64,000 bases of DNA from Gemmatimonadota bacterium (GCA_041498715.1 JBGQIW010000001.1:13554-77553); one strand, 5' to 3'; shown: positions 10,775 through 22,251, numbered from the stretch's first letter. The notes: generated from the letters alone by a model not told the origin. A program made the numbers and translations.

Positions 10775-13015
10775 CTAGGAGCAGTACTCCTCGACCTGCT
10801 CGATCCCGATCCGCACGTCGCGGGGCTTGCTGCCGTTCTGCGGCCCCAGGATGCCGGCCTCCTCGAGCTGGTCCATGAGGCGAGCCGCGCGACCGTAACC
10901 GACGCCGAGCTTCCGCTGCAGCAGCGAGGTGGAACCGCCCTGGTTCTGGACGCAGGCAAACGCCGCCTCCTTGAACAAGGGATCGCGCTGGGACGGATCG
11001 AGCGCCTCCTCGGCCTCGACGCCTTCCCCCTCGGGAATCTCGTCGAGGATGTTGGTCTCGGTCACCTCGACCACGCCACTCTTCGCCTGCTCGGCCACCC
11101 ATTCCCTGTAGCGCGTCATCAGCCGCTCGCTCTCCTCGGTACTGATATAGGCGCCTTGCAGCCGCATCGGCTCGCTCTTCCCCGGCTCGAGGAACAGCAT
11201 GTCACCCTTGCCGAGCAGCGCCTCGGCCCCGTTCTGATCGAGGATGGTGCGGCTGTCCACCTTCTGCGCCACCCGGAAGGCGATCCGGCTGGGGAAATTC
11301 GCCTTGATGAGCCCGGTGATGACATTCACCGAGGGGCGCTGGGTCGCGACGATCAAGTGGAGGCCGACCGCGCGCGCCTTCTGCGCCAGGCGGGCGAGTG
11401 GCGCCTCGACCTCCGCCTGTACCGTCATCATGAGGTCAGCCAGCTCGTCCACGACGATCACGATGAGGGGCAGCTTGCCCTGGGTGTAGACCTCCTCCGG
11501 CGACGAGGTCGGCGGCGTGTCGGGCGGCTCCGCCGCGATGTCGGTGAGCGTCGTCTTCTTGGGACCCGGGTTCCGGAGCGACTTCCCCTCCAGGACCTTG
11601 CGGTTGAAGTCGATGACGTTCCGCGCGCCGTTCGCCTCGAGGAGCGCGTACCGCTTCTCCATCTCCGCCACCGCCCACTTGAGGACCCGCGCGGCCTCCT
11701 TGTTGTTGGTCACCACCGGATGGCGGAGGTGCGGCAGATCCTTGTACATCGAGAGCTCGACCATCTTGGGGTCGATCATCAGGAACCGCAGGTCCTCTTT
11801 GTGCTGATACTGGTAGACCAGCGAGGTGATGATCGCGTTGATCCCGATCGACTTGCCGGTGCCGGTAGCGCCGGCGATGAGGAGATGCGGCATTTTCGCG
11901 AGATCGGCGATGACCGGCCGCCCCTCGAGGTCAAGGCCAAGGGTGACGGGCAAGAGCCGGTCTTCCCCGCTCCAAGCCTCATCCTCCAACAGCTCGCGCA
12001 GCATGACGACCCGCGACTTGGGGTTCGGCACCTCGACACCCACCATGTCCCGGCCGGGGATCCGGGCGACCCGGATCGACCGGGCGCTCATCTTCAGCGC
12101 GAGGTCGTCCGCCAGAGCGACGAGACGGTTCATCTTGACACCGGGCCGGAGCCGGACGCCGTACTGGGTCACCACGGGCCCGGTGGTGCGGCCGGCAACG
12201 TCGCCCTCGACCTTGAACTCGCTGAGCGTGGCTTCGAGCCGTTCCTGGAGGGCGTCGAGCTCGCCCTCACCCGCGTCCACCGCCTTGCCTGAAGGCGGAT
12301 CGAGCAGCTCGACCTCCCAGACCGGGCCCAGGCTCTCGCCCACACTGCGCCGGGGCTCGGTCTTCTTGGGAGCTTTCCCTCGGCCGGTGCGGGGCTCCGT
12401 GCCGGCCCGGGCGGCCCGACCGCCCTGGGCCCCGGGCGGGGAAACCGGCTCCGGGGCAAGCAGGGGGGCCGGCGCGGCGCCCGTGCGCCGGGCCTGGCTG
12501 TCAGGCCGCTTTTCCCGCTTCTCTCGGCCCGCCTCCAGCCACTGGAGCGGGTGCCAGGCAAACGTGATCAGCGTCAACGCGGAGAGAAGCAGAAATCCAA
12601 GCAGTAAGGCGCCGGTCCGCCCGATCCGGCCGGCGACCATCTCCGCAAAGAACCCCGGCCACAGGCCGACTAGGCGGGCTGGAAAGCTGCGCTGGGCGAC
12701 GTCAGGCACCAGATCGACATCGCTGATCCGGGCGATCACACCGATGATATAGGGCACGAGCAGGCTCAACCCGCCCGCGAGCAGCGCGGAGCGCTTCATG
12801 TCGATCGGGCCTAGCCGCTCAAAGCCGGCGAGCGCGAGACCGATCCCGAGAAGCGGGACGCCCACCGCGCCCAACCCGAGCCAGCGCCACAGTGGAGGGC
12901 CGATCGCGTCGCCGACCGGACCCGTGAGGCCAAAAGGCACCAGTGTCAGCCCGACGAAGACGCCGAGCACGAGCGCCGTGATGGCGCCGAGCCGACGGCG
13001 GGAGTCCGCGGTCAT
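10775..13015 (-). CDS. ftsK: DNA translocase FtsK
   Basis: The protein has N-terminal TM helices and a Pro/Ala-rich linker. The motor has Walker A LLIAGATGTGKS, and the C-terminal gamma domain reads GGSTSLLQRKLGVGYGRAARLMDQLEEAGILGP. The track ORF (to 13324) runs through the upstream gene. I trimmed it to the ATG at 13015, which makes an ATGA overlap with the upstream stop. Confidence 0.93.
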   Translation of the reverse strand: MTADSRRRLGAITALVLGVFVGLTLVPFGLTGPVGDAIGPPLWRWLGLGAVGVPLLGIGLALAGFERLGPIDMKRSALLAGGLSLLVPYIIGVIARISDVDLVPDVAQRSFPARLVGLWPGFFAEMVAGRIGRTGALLLGFLLLSALTLITFAWHPLQWLEAGREKREKRPDSQARRTGAAPAPLLAPEPVSPPGAQGGRAARAGTEPRTGRGKAPKKTEPRRSVGESLGPVWEVELLDPPSGKAVDAGEGELDALQERLEATLSEFKVEGDVAGRTTGPVVTQYGVRLRPGVKMNRLVALADDLALKMSARSIRVARIPGRDMVGVEVPNPKSRVVMLRELLEDEAWSGEDRLLPVTLGLDLEGRPVIADLAKMPHLLIAGATGTGKSIGINAIITSLVYQYQHKEDLRFLMIDPKMVELSMYKDLPHLRHPVVTNNKEAARVLKWAVAEMEKRYALLEANGARNVIDFNRKVLEGKSLRNPGPKKTTLTDIAAEPPDTPPTSSPEEVYTQGKLPLIVIVVDELADLMMTVQAEVEAPLARLAQKARAVGLHLIVATQRPSVNVITGLIKANFPSRIAFRVAQKVDSRTILDQNGAEALLGKGDMLFLEPGKSEPMRLQGAYISTEESERLMTRYREWVAEQAKSGVVEVTETNILDEIPEGEGVEAEEALDPSQRDPLFKEAAFACVQNQGGSTSLLQRKLGVGYGRAARLMDQLEEAGILGPQNGSKPRDVRIGIEQVEEYCS

Positions 13016-13802
13016 GACGGCTGGGGCTGGGGCTGCGGCTGGGGCTGCAGCGGCGCGGGGCGGGGCTGCTGCAGGTGGGCCAGGGACACCCGGCGCTCGT
13101 GAAACTGGGGGAGCACCGGGTAGGCGTCCACCCGCGCCGCGTCGAGCACGTCGTCGCGGAAGCCGAGCCGGACGAGCTCGCGCCCGGCGCGGCTGTAGGA
13201 GAGAGGCCGCTCCCAGTGCTCGCCGTAGCGGCGCGCGAGGTCGAGGCTCGCGAGCGCCGCGTCGTTGAGTCCCCGGCGGGGCTTGCGTCCGCCCAGCGCG
13301 GCGACCGCCAGGCGGCCGGCACAATAGGCGTCGTCAAGGCCGAACGCCGTTTCCCGGCCGGCGCAGAGGATGAGCATGTCGCGCTGCTGCTCGATCACAT
13401 CGCGGGCCCGCGCGCCCGCGACCCCCAGGTTGACGGCCGCGGCCACATAAACCGCAGCGGCGCCCTGGGCCGCGAGCAGCGCCTTGGTGCCGTTGGTCGT
13501 CGTGACGATGAGCGTCTTCCCCCGCACCGCCTGCTCGGTCATCTCGAGGGGGCTGTTGCCCAGCGCGAAGCCCGGGATCCGCACGCAGTTTTTTTCGCCG
13601 GCCAGCAGCACGTCCGCGCTGCCGATGGTCTGCGCCAGCCGCAGGGCCTCCTCCGTCGACGCCACCGGGATCAGGGCCCGGGCACCGTTGTGGAGCGCGG
13701 CGCACATGACGGTCGTGGCGCGCAGGATGTCGATCACGAAGACCGTACGACCCTGCACGTCCTGGGGCGCGAGCCCGAGCGGCGAGAACGCGACGTCGAG
13801 TT

Positions 13803-13806
<4 letters not shown>
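13012..13806 (-). CDS. 2-phosphosulfolactate phosphatase (ComB) family protein
   Basis: 264-aa [31 protein letters not shown] and [21 protein letters not shown] fit the ComB fold family. The C-terminal [13 protein letters not shown] tail is low complexity. Confidence 0.7.
13019..13048. repeat. Hexanucleotide tandem repeat, 5 units (GGCTGG/GGCTGC on plus; CAGCCC/CAGCCG on minus)
   Basis: Read directly: ggctgg ggctgg ggctgc ggctgg ggctgc. It encodes the [10 protein letters not shown] tail of the ComB-like protein and lies 3 nt upstream of the ftsK ATG. Confidence 0.9.
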
Positions 13807-15160
<1,354 letters not shown>

Positions 15161-15161
<1 letters not shown>

Positions 15162-16330
15162 CAGGGTGTCAGATCGAGCGACCGCCCCGCATCGCCGCTC
15201 ACGTCGGAGAACGTGCGGTCGGAGGCCGAGTCCACGCCCGAGACCCGGAGCGCGAACTCGCTCGGGTTCGACGAGTAGAAGAGGGCGCTCTCGTAGGTGA
15301 CCAGGCCGTCCTTGTACCACTTCATCAGCGACTGGTCGAACGACTGCATGCCGTACGAGACCGTGCCCTGCGCAATGAGATCGGGAATGTTGAGTGCCCT
15401 CTCGATGTCCCGGATGTTGTCCGCTACGGCCGCGGTGTTAATGAGCACTTCCGCCGCCGGCACCCGCCCCCGTCCGTCCTTCCGCGGCACCAGCCGGAGG
15501 CAGACGACGGCGGCCAGCGCCGTGGAGAGGAGCGAGCGGATCTCCTGATGCTGGTGCGGCGGGTAGAACGAGATGACCCGGTTGATCGTCTGGGTCGCGT
15601 CGGTGGTGTGCAGCGTGGAGAAGACGAGGTGCCCGGTGTCGGCGGCCTTGAGCGCGGTATCGAGCGTCTCGGCGTCGCGCACCTCGCCGATCAGGATCAC
15701 GTCCGGATCCTGGCGCAGGACGTGGCGGAGCGCCGCGCCGAACGTCAGCGTGTCGCTCCCGACCTCGCGCTGGGAGATGTTCGACTGCACATCGCGGTGC
15801 AGGAACTCGATCGGGTCCTCGATCGTGATCACGTTGCAGCGCCGGTGCTGGTTCACGTGGTGGATCATCGAGGCGAGCGCGGTGGACTTGCCCGAGCCGG
15901 TGATGCCGGTGACGAGGACGATCCCGCGCGGCTTGAGCGAGATCTCCTCGAGAATGGGCGGGAGGTTGAGCTCCCGGATGGTCTTCACCTCGTAGGGAAT
16001 GGCCCGGAACGCGAACGCGAGCGTGCCCCGCTGCTGATAGATGTTGGTGCGGAACCGTCCGACGCCGGGGACGCCGATCGCGAAGTCGGCTTCTTTCTTT
16101 TCGGCGAACTCCTTGACCTGGCGCGGCGTCATCACCTGCTCGGCCAGCAGCTTGAGATCCTCGGGCTTGAGCGGCGCCATCTCGAGCGTCGTGAGCTCGC
16201 CGTTCACCCGCACGGTCGGCGCCCGCCCCACCTTGAGCAGCAAGTCGGAGCCGTTGCGCTGGATCATCTGCGCGATGGCCTGCTTGAAATTGAACGGCGC
16301 GACGGCGCCGGCCGCGGTCGGCTCACCCAT
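15161..16330 (-). CDS. pilT: PilT/PilU-type type IV pilus retraction ATPase
   Basis: 389-aa ORF with Walker [10 protein letters not shown], Walker [11 protein letters not shown], the His box FSTLHTTDA, and an N-terminal [14 protein letters not shown] domain. The ATG overlaps the accB stop by 8 nt. Confidence 0.9.
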
Positions 16331-16865
16331 TCGGATCCACCCGGAAGAGGACCTGCCCGTACTCCACCGGCTGCGTGTCCTCGACGCTCACCTCGCGGAC
16401 GACGCCGGCGATCTCGGCTTCGATCTCGTTCATGATCTTCATCGCTTCGATGATGCAAACGGTCTGACCCGGCGACACCCGTGTGCCCACCTGGGCGTAG
16501 GGCTCGGCCCCCGGCTCCGGCGCCCGGAAGAAGGTCCCGACCATGGGCGAGCGGATCTCCTTGAGCGCAGCGTGGACCGGAGCGGGGACCGCCAGGCCGG
16601 CGGATTCCGCCGCCCGCGCAGCCGGCGCGGTGGTGGCGGGCAGCAGGACGGGGGCTGACGCGGCCCCCGAGGCCACGTGGACCGCATTCGACGTGCGGGT
16701 GATGACGATCCCGGTGCCGAACCAGCCCTTCACCTCGATGGACCCGATTTCGGGGGACTCGCGGAGGAGCTGCGCGAGCCGGCGGACGTCCTTCAGATCG
16801 AGGGACTTGATCCCGGGCACCGTCTGGAGCAGCTCCGCGAGATGCTGCATTTCCTGAGGGGTCAT
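16323..16865 (-). CDS. accB: Acetyl-CoA carboxylase, biotin carboxyl carrier protein
   Basis: The C-terminal biotinyl domain carries EAMKIMNEIEA. I trimmed the track ORF (to 16973) to the ATG at 16865 (MTPQEMQHLAELL), 16 nt after the pepP stop. Confidence 0.93.
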   Translation of the reverse strand: MTPQEMQHLAELLQTVPGIKSLDLKDVRRLAQLLRESPEIGSIEVKGWFGTGIVITRTSNAVHVASGAASAPVLLPATTAPAARAAESAGLAVPAPVHAALKEIRSPMVGTFFRAPEPGAEPYAQVGTRVSPGQTVCIIEAMKIMNEIEAEIAGVVREVSVEDTQPVEYGQVLFRVDPNG

Positions 16866-16881
16866 AAGCGGGTTCGTGACC

Positions 16882-17967
16882 TCACACGAGTTCGACCAGC
16901 TCGGTCCGGTTGTCCGACAGACACTCCGCTCCGCCAGGGCCCAGGTAAATGTCGTCCTCCAACCGTACGCCACCCCAGCCCGGAAGATAGACCCCCGGCT
17001 CCACGGTGACCACGGCGTGGAGCGGCAGCGGCGCGTCCGCGGTAGGCGCCACCCGGGGCGCTTCGTGGACCTCGAGGCCCAGGCCGTGGCCCAGCGAATG
17101 CCCGAACGCGTGGCCGAAGCCGCGCTCCGTGATCACTTCCCGGGCCAGCGCATCTCCCTCCCGGCCGGTCATTCCCGCGCGCAGGTGCTCGAGGGCGCGG
17201 CGCTGGGCGGCCTGCACCAGCTCGTAGATCGCCCGCTGCCGCTCGTCCGCCCGACGCCCGACGACCACCGTCCGCGTGAGATCGGCGCAGTATCCATCCA
17301 CCTGCGCGCCGAAGTCGAGGAGGAGCCAGTCGCCCGGCTCGATGGCGCGTCCGCTGGTACGGGCGTGCGGGAGCGCCGATCGGGGGCCCGACGCAACGAT
17401 CGTCGGAAACGGATGCCATTCGCTGCCCCGCCGCCGGAGCGCGGCCTCGAGATCCGCCGCGATCTCGCGCTCCGTGCGGCCAATCCGCACCGAGGGCAGC
17501 ACCTCGGCCAGCGCATCCTGAGCCAGGACGGCGGCGCTGCGGATCGCCGCGAGCTCGCCCGGATCCTTCACCGCCCGAAGCCGCTCGACCAGGTCCACGG
17601 TCGTCACGGTGCGGCCCCGGCCGGCCCCGCCGAGCCGCTCGGCATCGCGCACGGTGAGCGCATGCGCCTCGATGCCGAGTGAGCCGGCCGGCAGCTCGGC
17701 GAGGTGCTGGAGCAGGCGCTGCCACACGCTGGCCTGATCGATCTCGACCCGGGCACTCTGACCGACCTCCTGGGGCGCCTGCGTGGCGTAACGGAAGTCG
17801 GTCACGAGCAGCGCGTCGTCGGCCCGCACGAGCAGCAGGGCGGCTGACCCGGTGAACCCGGTCAGATAGCGGATGTTGGGGAGGTGGGTAACCAGCAGGG
17901 CATCCAGCCCCTCGCCCGCAAGCGCCGCGCGGAGTGCGCGTTGGCGCGCCTCCCGCCAGTCAGGCAC
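16882..17967 (-). CDS. pepP: Xaa-Pro aminopeptidase / M24 family peptidase
   Basis: 361-aa ORF with a creatinase-like N-domain and the M24 metal-ligand motifs DFGAQVDGYCADLTRT, HSLGHGLGLEVHE and EPGVY. Confidence 0.88.
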   Translation of the reverse strand: MPDWREARQRALRAALAGEGLDALLVTHLPNIRYLTGFTGSAALLLVRADDALLVTDFRYATQAPQEVGQSARVEIDQASVWQRLLQHLAELPAGSLGIEAHALTVRDAERLGGAGRGRTVTTVDLVERLRAVKDPGELAAIRSAAVLAQDALAEVLPSVRIGRTEREIAADLEAALRRRGSEWHPFPTIVASGPRSALPHARTSGRAIEPGDWLLLDFGAQVDGYCADLTRTVVVGRRADERQRAIYELVQAAQRRALEHLRAGMTGREGDALAREVITERGFGHAFGHSLGHGLGLEVHEAPRVAPTADAPLPLHAVVTVEPGVYLPGWGGVRLEDDIYLGPGGAECLSDNRTELVELV

Positions 17968-18394
17968 GGAGCCGGCCCACGAGCCCGTGCAACGCCAGCA
18001 CGTAGCTCTGCGCGCCGAATCCGGTCACCAGGCCCACGGCGAGATCGGCGAGCACCGAATGGCGGCGCTCCGGCTCCCGCGCGAAGATGTTGGACAGATG
18101 CAGCTCGACGAAGGGGACGCGAACCGAGAGGAACGCGTCGCGCAGCGGGAGGCTCGAATGGCTGAGCGCGGCGGCGTTCACCAGCGCCCCGTCGGCCCGG
18201 CCTTTCAGGTTCTGGACGGCCTCCACGAGCGCGCCCTCATGGTTCGACTGCATCCACTCGATGTCGGCGTCGAGCTTCGCGGCTTCGGCCCGAACGAGCT
18301 GCTCGATCTCGGCCAGCGTGGCGCGCCCGTAGATCTCCGGCTCCCGCGACCCCAACAGGTTCAAGTTGGGGCCGTTCAGCACGGCGATGCGCAT
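17960..18394 (-). CDS. aroQ: Type II 3-dehydroquinate dehydratase
   Basis: 144-aa ORF starting MRIAVLNGPNLNLLGSREPEIYG, with ALSHSS and ELHLSNI motifs. Confidence 0.95.
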   Translation of the reverse strand: MRIAVLNGPNLNLLGSREPEIYGRATLAEIEQLVRAEAAKLDADIEWMQSNHEGALVEAVQNLKGRADGALVNAAALSHSSLPLRDAFLSVRVPFVELHLSNIFAREPERRHSVLADLAVGLVTGFGAQSYVLALHGLVGRLRA

Positions 18395-20257
18395 TCAGCG
18401 CTTGAGACCCTGGAGCCAGGCGTGGAACTGGTCCAGGTCGTCACCGCTGCGCGCATGGGGACGCCCCGGGACCGGGGGAGGGCTGGGACCGGCGCCCTTG
18501 GGGGGCGCGCCGAAGAAGTCGTCGAACGAACCGCCCCCCGGGCCTCCCAGTCCCGCGGTCTCGCCCGAGGGGCGTCCCACTGCCGGCGCGACCGGCGGAG
18601 GCTCGTCGCCGAAGACCGAGCCCAATGACAGCGGCTCCCCGGCGGGCCGAGTGGCCGATGCCTCCTCGGGCGGCGGCTCCGGCGCGGGCGCGTCCGGCCG
18701 GGCGGGCCAGCGCGGCGGCAGGTCCTCCGGGCGCCCGCGCAGCAGCGTCTGAAAGAAGGCCGCGACCGACTGGCCGCCGGTCTCGCGCGCGGCGTAGGCT
18801 CGACGGGGGGGCTGCGCGGACTCGGCCGCCTGGCGCGCCTCGAGGTCGGCCAGGCGGCTTGCGAGCTGCCCGCCCGCCGGACCACGCCGCACGAGCTCGC
18901 GATAGACCGTGATGGCCTCGGGAAGATGGCCTTGGCGCAGGAAGACCTCAGCCATCGTCTCGGTGACAACCAACTCGGGCTCCGCGCCCGCGGGGGCGTC
19001 ATCGAGCTCGGCGGCGGACTCGGGGGCCGCAGGCTCCATCGTCACCGCGAGCGTGTCCGCCGACGCGTCCGCAGGAGGCGCATCCGCCGGGTCCGAATCC
19101 GCGGGGACCTCCGCATAGGCCGGCGGCTCGCCCAGCGCGTAGAAATCGGCCGTCCGCCCGAAGAGCGACGCGACTGGCGGCGGCGCGGCGTCCGGGTGAT
19201 CGGCGATGTCCAGCACCGGCTCCGCCTCGGGATCCGCGAAGGGATCGTCCACTCTCGGCGTGAACCCGGGGAGCGCGGAGGTGATCGGCTCCGGCGGCGC
19301 GAGGTCACGACGGAGGTCGTCAATGCCGGGCGGCGTACCCGTGACGTGAGCCATCAGGTCGTCCACTGCGCTCGGCGTCTGATACTCGGTCTGGCCCGAG
19401 ACGTTCAGGACGATTTCCTCCGGCCGCTCGAGGCCGAAGGTGTCGACGTCGGGGTCGGGGAGGGTGGTCGTCGCGCCGAAGCGGTGCTCCGCTGGCTCGG
19501 CCGGACGCGGGGGCGCGGAGGACGGCTCGGGCGTGGGTTCCGCCGCGGGGAAGTCCTCGTGGGGCGCGTCGGCCTCCAATTCCTCGAGCGGGAACGGCGC
19601 GGGCGCGGAGTTGAGATCGTCCGGGCGCGCAACCCAGCCGATGTACTCCACCGACGAGGCCTCCTCCGGAGCGGGAGGCTCGGGCGACGGCTCGAAGGCC
19701 TCCGGGGGGGGCACCGCTTCCACCACGGGGGGAGCCTCTGCGAAGGTCGGCTCGATCGTGGCGGCGACCGGCTCATCGGCGACTGCGGGTACCGCCTCAG
19801 CGACCTCCGCCGCCGCCGCTTCGGGAACGGCCGCGCTCCCCTCCGCCTGCTGCCGTTGCAGCTCGTGGACCCGGGCCAGCTGGGCCCGGGCCTCGTCGTT
19901 GCTCCGATCGACGACCAGCAGCGCCCCCAGCCAGCGCTCGGACTCATCGTACCGCACGAGCCGCTCGGTGATGTCGGCGAGCGCCTTGAGCGCGATGACG
20001 TTTTCGCCATCGAGGCCGAGCACATGGGTGAAATCCCGCTCCGCGGCCGTCAGGTCGTTTACGTCCCAGTGGCAGCGGCCCAGGACGATGTTGGCGGGAA
20101 TGTAATCCGGGTGCTTCTCGAGGCCGGGAAGGAGTATCTCCAGCGCTCGCTGCGGATCCTTTTGCTTCCGGTAGGCCTCGGCGAGGGGAGCGAAGGTCAG
20201 GCCATTCGGGTTCTCTCGCCAACGGCTCTCGAGCTTCGCAATCTCGCTGGTGGACAT
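18395..20257 (-). CDS. TPR-repeat protein with a long acidic/proline-rich central linker (function unknown)
   Basis: The real reading frame starts at the ATG at 20257 (MSTSEIAKLESRWRENPNGLTFAPLAEAYRK). About 140 aa of N-terminal TPR are followed by about 300 aa of D/E/P/A-rich low complexity. A C-terminal TPR-like helix pair follows (TMAEVFLRQGHLPEAITVYRELV), then the tail DDLDQFHAWLQGLKR. The 1223-aa track ORF (to 22066) is a read-through antisense to ppiD. Confidence 0.75.
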   Translation of the reverse strand: MSTSEIAKLESRWRENPNGLTFAPLAEAYRKQKDPQRALEILLPGLEKHPDYIPANIVLGRCHWDVNDLTAAERDFTHVLGLDGENVIALKALADITERLVRYDESERWLGALLVVDRSNDEARAQLARVHELQRQQAEGSAAVPEAAAAEVAEAVPAVADEPVAATIEPTFAEAPPVVEAVPPPEAFEPSPEPPAPEEASSVEYIGWVARPDDLNSAPAPFPLEELEADAPHEDFPAAEPTPEPSSAPPRPAEPAEHRFGATTTLPDPDVDTFGLERPEEIVLNVSGQTEYQTPSAVDDLMAHVTGTPPGIDDLRRDLAPPEPITSALPGFTPRVDDPFADPEAEPVLDIADHPDAAPPPVASLFGRTADFYALGEPPAYAEVPADSDPADAPPADASADTLAVTMEPAAPESAAELDDAPAGAEPELVVTETMAEVFLRQGHLPEAITVYRELVRRGPAGGQLASRLADLEARQAAESAQPPRRAYAARETGGQSVAAFFQTLLRGRPEDLPPRWPARPDAPAPEPPPEEASATRPAGEPLSLGSVFGDEPPPVAPAVGRPSGETAGLGGPGGGSFDDFFGAPPKGAGPSPPPVPGRPHARSGDDLDQFHAWLQGLKR

Positions 20258-20404
20258 CCCGATCCCGGGTGGAAGGAACTGTTTTGGGGTGGATGCGCCT
20301 AAGTCGTTGGGGGACTTACGCTGAGAGTAGCAAGGCTCCGCGGCAGTGTCAACTGGCCGACCCGGCCTCTGTCCTTGAGGTTTGGCGTTGCCCCGCTTAA
20401 GCTT

Positions 20405-22240
20405 ATGGCTCTTTTTCGCAGGGACCGCGCAGTGATGAAGTTGATTCGGGGATTCGCCGGACGAATCGCGGGAGCGGTGTTCGCCGTGCTCATGCTGATC
20501 TTCGTCCTGACGATGGCCCCGTGGGATAAGATCAGCACCGGCACGAGTGTCGGAAAGGTGAACGGGCGACCGATCGACGCGCGCGTTTACCAGCGGGAGG
20601 TGCAGCAGGTCACCGAAGCCCGCCAGCGCCAGGCCGCGCAAAGCCTCGGCCTCGACGACTTCGAGTCCATCCGCAACGACGTCTGGGACCAGTTCGTCAC
20701 CAACGAGCTGCTGGAGTCGGAGTACCAGCGCCGCGGCATCAGCGTCACCGACGACGAGATCATCGACGCCATCCGCAACTCTCCCCTGCCCGACTTCTTC
20801 CGCCTCCCCGAGTTCCAAACCGACGGCAAGTTCGACCTGGGCAAGTACCAGAAATGGCTGGGATCGAGTGTCGCGCAGCAGTTCCTCCCGTCCATGGAGG
20901 CTCAGTACCGGGCGGAGCTGGAGCGCGCCAAGCTGTTTCGCACCGTGACCGCGGACGTGTTCCTCTCGGATGCCGCGCTCTGGGAGCGCTACCGGGACGA
21001 GCACGAGGCGGTCAAGGTGGACCTGGCCGCGATCGTCCCGGCGACAGCTGTCCCCGACTCGGCGGTACACGTGAGCCAGGCCGAGCTCGAAGCCTGGTAC
21101 GGAGCTCACAAGGCCGAGCTTGACCGCCCGAAAACGATCTACACCAGCTTCATCGCCATCTCCCGGCTCGCCGACGCCTCGGACACCGTGACGGCGCAAG
21201 CGCGCGCTGAGGCCGTGCGCAAGGATCTCGTCGGCGGCGCGCCCTTCGCCGAGGTGGCAAAGCGGGAGTCGGCGGACACCGTGTCCGGTAACAAGGGCGG
21301 CGACTTGGGTGAGTGGACCAAAGGCGCCTTCGACCCCACGTTCGACTCCGTCGCGTTCTCCATCAAGCCGAACGAGATCTCCGAGCCGGTGCTGACCCAG
21401 TTCGGGTACCACCTGATCCAGGTGACCAGCCGCACCGGCAACAAGGCCAAGGGGCGGCACATCCTGATTCCGATCGTCGTCGCGGGACAGCATCGCGATC
21501 GGCTCGACGCCCAGGCCGACTCGCTCGACAAGCTGGCCGCCGAGCATGCGGATCCGGCCGCGCTGGACACGGCAGCGCGCGCGCTTCATCTCCAGGTCGG
21601 CCACGCCAAGCCGCTCACCGCCGGCGGCAAGATGCAGATCGGGCTCCTCACGCTGCCGGACGCGGGCGTATGGGCGGCCAGGGCCAAGGTGGGCCAGATC
21701 AGCCCGATCATCGAGACGCCGTTCGCACTCTACGTTTTCCGGGCGGACAGCATCCACGCTCCCGGGATCCCCACCCTGGCGGACGCCAAGGATACGGTCA
21801 CGCGTATCGTGCTGGACGCCAAGAAAAAGGGCGCTGCGCGCAAGCTCGCCGAGGACCTGGTGAAGCGGCTCGACGCCGGCGCCACGCTGGCCCAGGCCGC
21901 CGATGCCCTCAAACTGCCGCATGAGGTCTACGGTCCCTTCACCCGGCTCGCGTCTCCGCTGAGCGACGCGCTGGTCACCGGCGTCGCCTTCGGGCTCGCA
22001 CCGGGGAAGCACAGCGGGGTGATCGACTCCAAGGACGGGCTGTACGTGCTGCAGGCGCTCGAGCACACGCCGGCCGACTCCGTGGCCTTCGCCAAGGAGC
22101 TCGACCAGCTCCGGGGACGCGCGCTACAGGAAGCGCGGCAGGAGCGGGTGCAGATCTATCTGGCCGGACTCAAGAGCACGGCCAAGATCGTGGACAACCG
22201 GAGCAAGATGTTGCAGCAGGCGGCGCCGACGGGGAGTTGA
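20405..22240 (+). CDS. ppiD: Periplasmic chaperone / peptidyl-prolyl isomerase, PpiD/SurA-like
   Basis: The protein has an N-terminal membrane anchor (IAGAVFAVLMLIFVL), a SurA-N-like chaperone region, and a parvulin core (GGDLGEWTKGAFDPTFDSVAFS and FGYHLIQV). The start is ambiguous among the alternative start at 20375 (exact codon not checked; MRFG) and the ATGs at 20405 and 20435. This is the only plus-strand gene. Confidence 0.85.
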   Translation: MALFRRDRAVMKLIRGFAGRIAGAVFAVLMLIFVLTMAPWDKISTGTSVGKVNGRPIDARVYQREVQQVTEARQRQAAQSLGLDDFESIRNDVWDQFVTNELLESEYQRRGISVTDDEIIDAIRNSPLPDFFRLPEFQTDGKFDLGKYQKWLGSSVAQQFLPSMEAQYRAELERAKLFRTVTADVFLSDAALWERYRDEHEAVKVDLAAIVPATAVPDSAVHVSQAELEAWYGAHKAELDRPKTIYTSFIAISRLADASDTVTAQARAEAVRKDLVGGAPFAEVAKRESADTVSGNKGGDLGEWTKGAFDPTFDSVAFSIKPNEISEPVLTQFGYHLIQVTSRTGNKAKGRHILIPIVVAGQHRDRLDAQADSLDKLAAEHADPAALDTAARALHLQVGHAKPLTAGGKMQIGLLTLPDAGVWAARAKVGQISPIIETPFALYVFRADSIHAPGIPTLADAKDTVTRIVLDAKKKGAARKLAEDLVKRLDAGATLAQAADALKLPHEVYGPFTRLASPLSDALVTGVAFGLAPGKHSGVIDSKDGLYVLQALEHTPADSVAFAKELDQLRGRALQEARQERVQIYLAGLKSTAKIVDNRSKMLQQAAPTGS

Positions 22241-22251
22241 AGGAGAGCTAT

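Noticed and set aside
20258-22066. The N-terminal 603 codons of the 1223-aa minus-strand ORF 18395-22066.
   Set aside because: This part is antisense to the well-supported plus-strand PpiD-like gene and has no protein-like features. The recognisable TPR protein begins at the internal ATG at 20257, after an intergenic-looking stretch.
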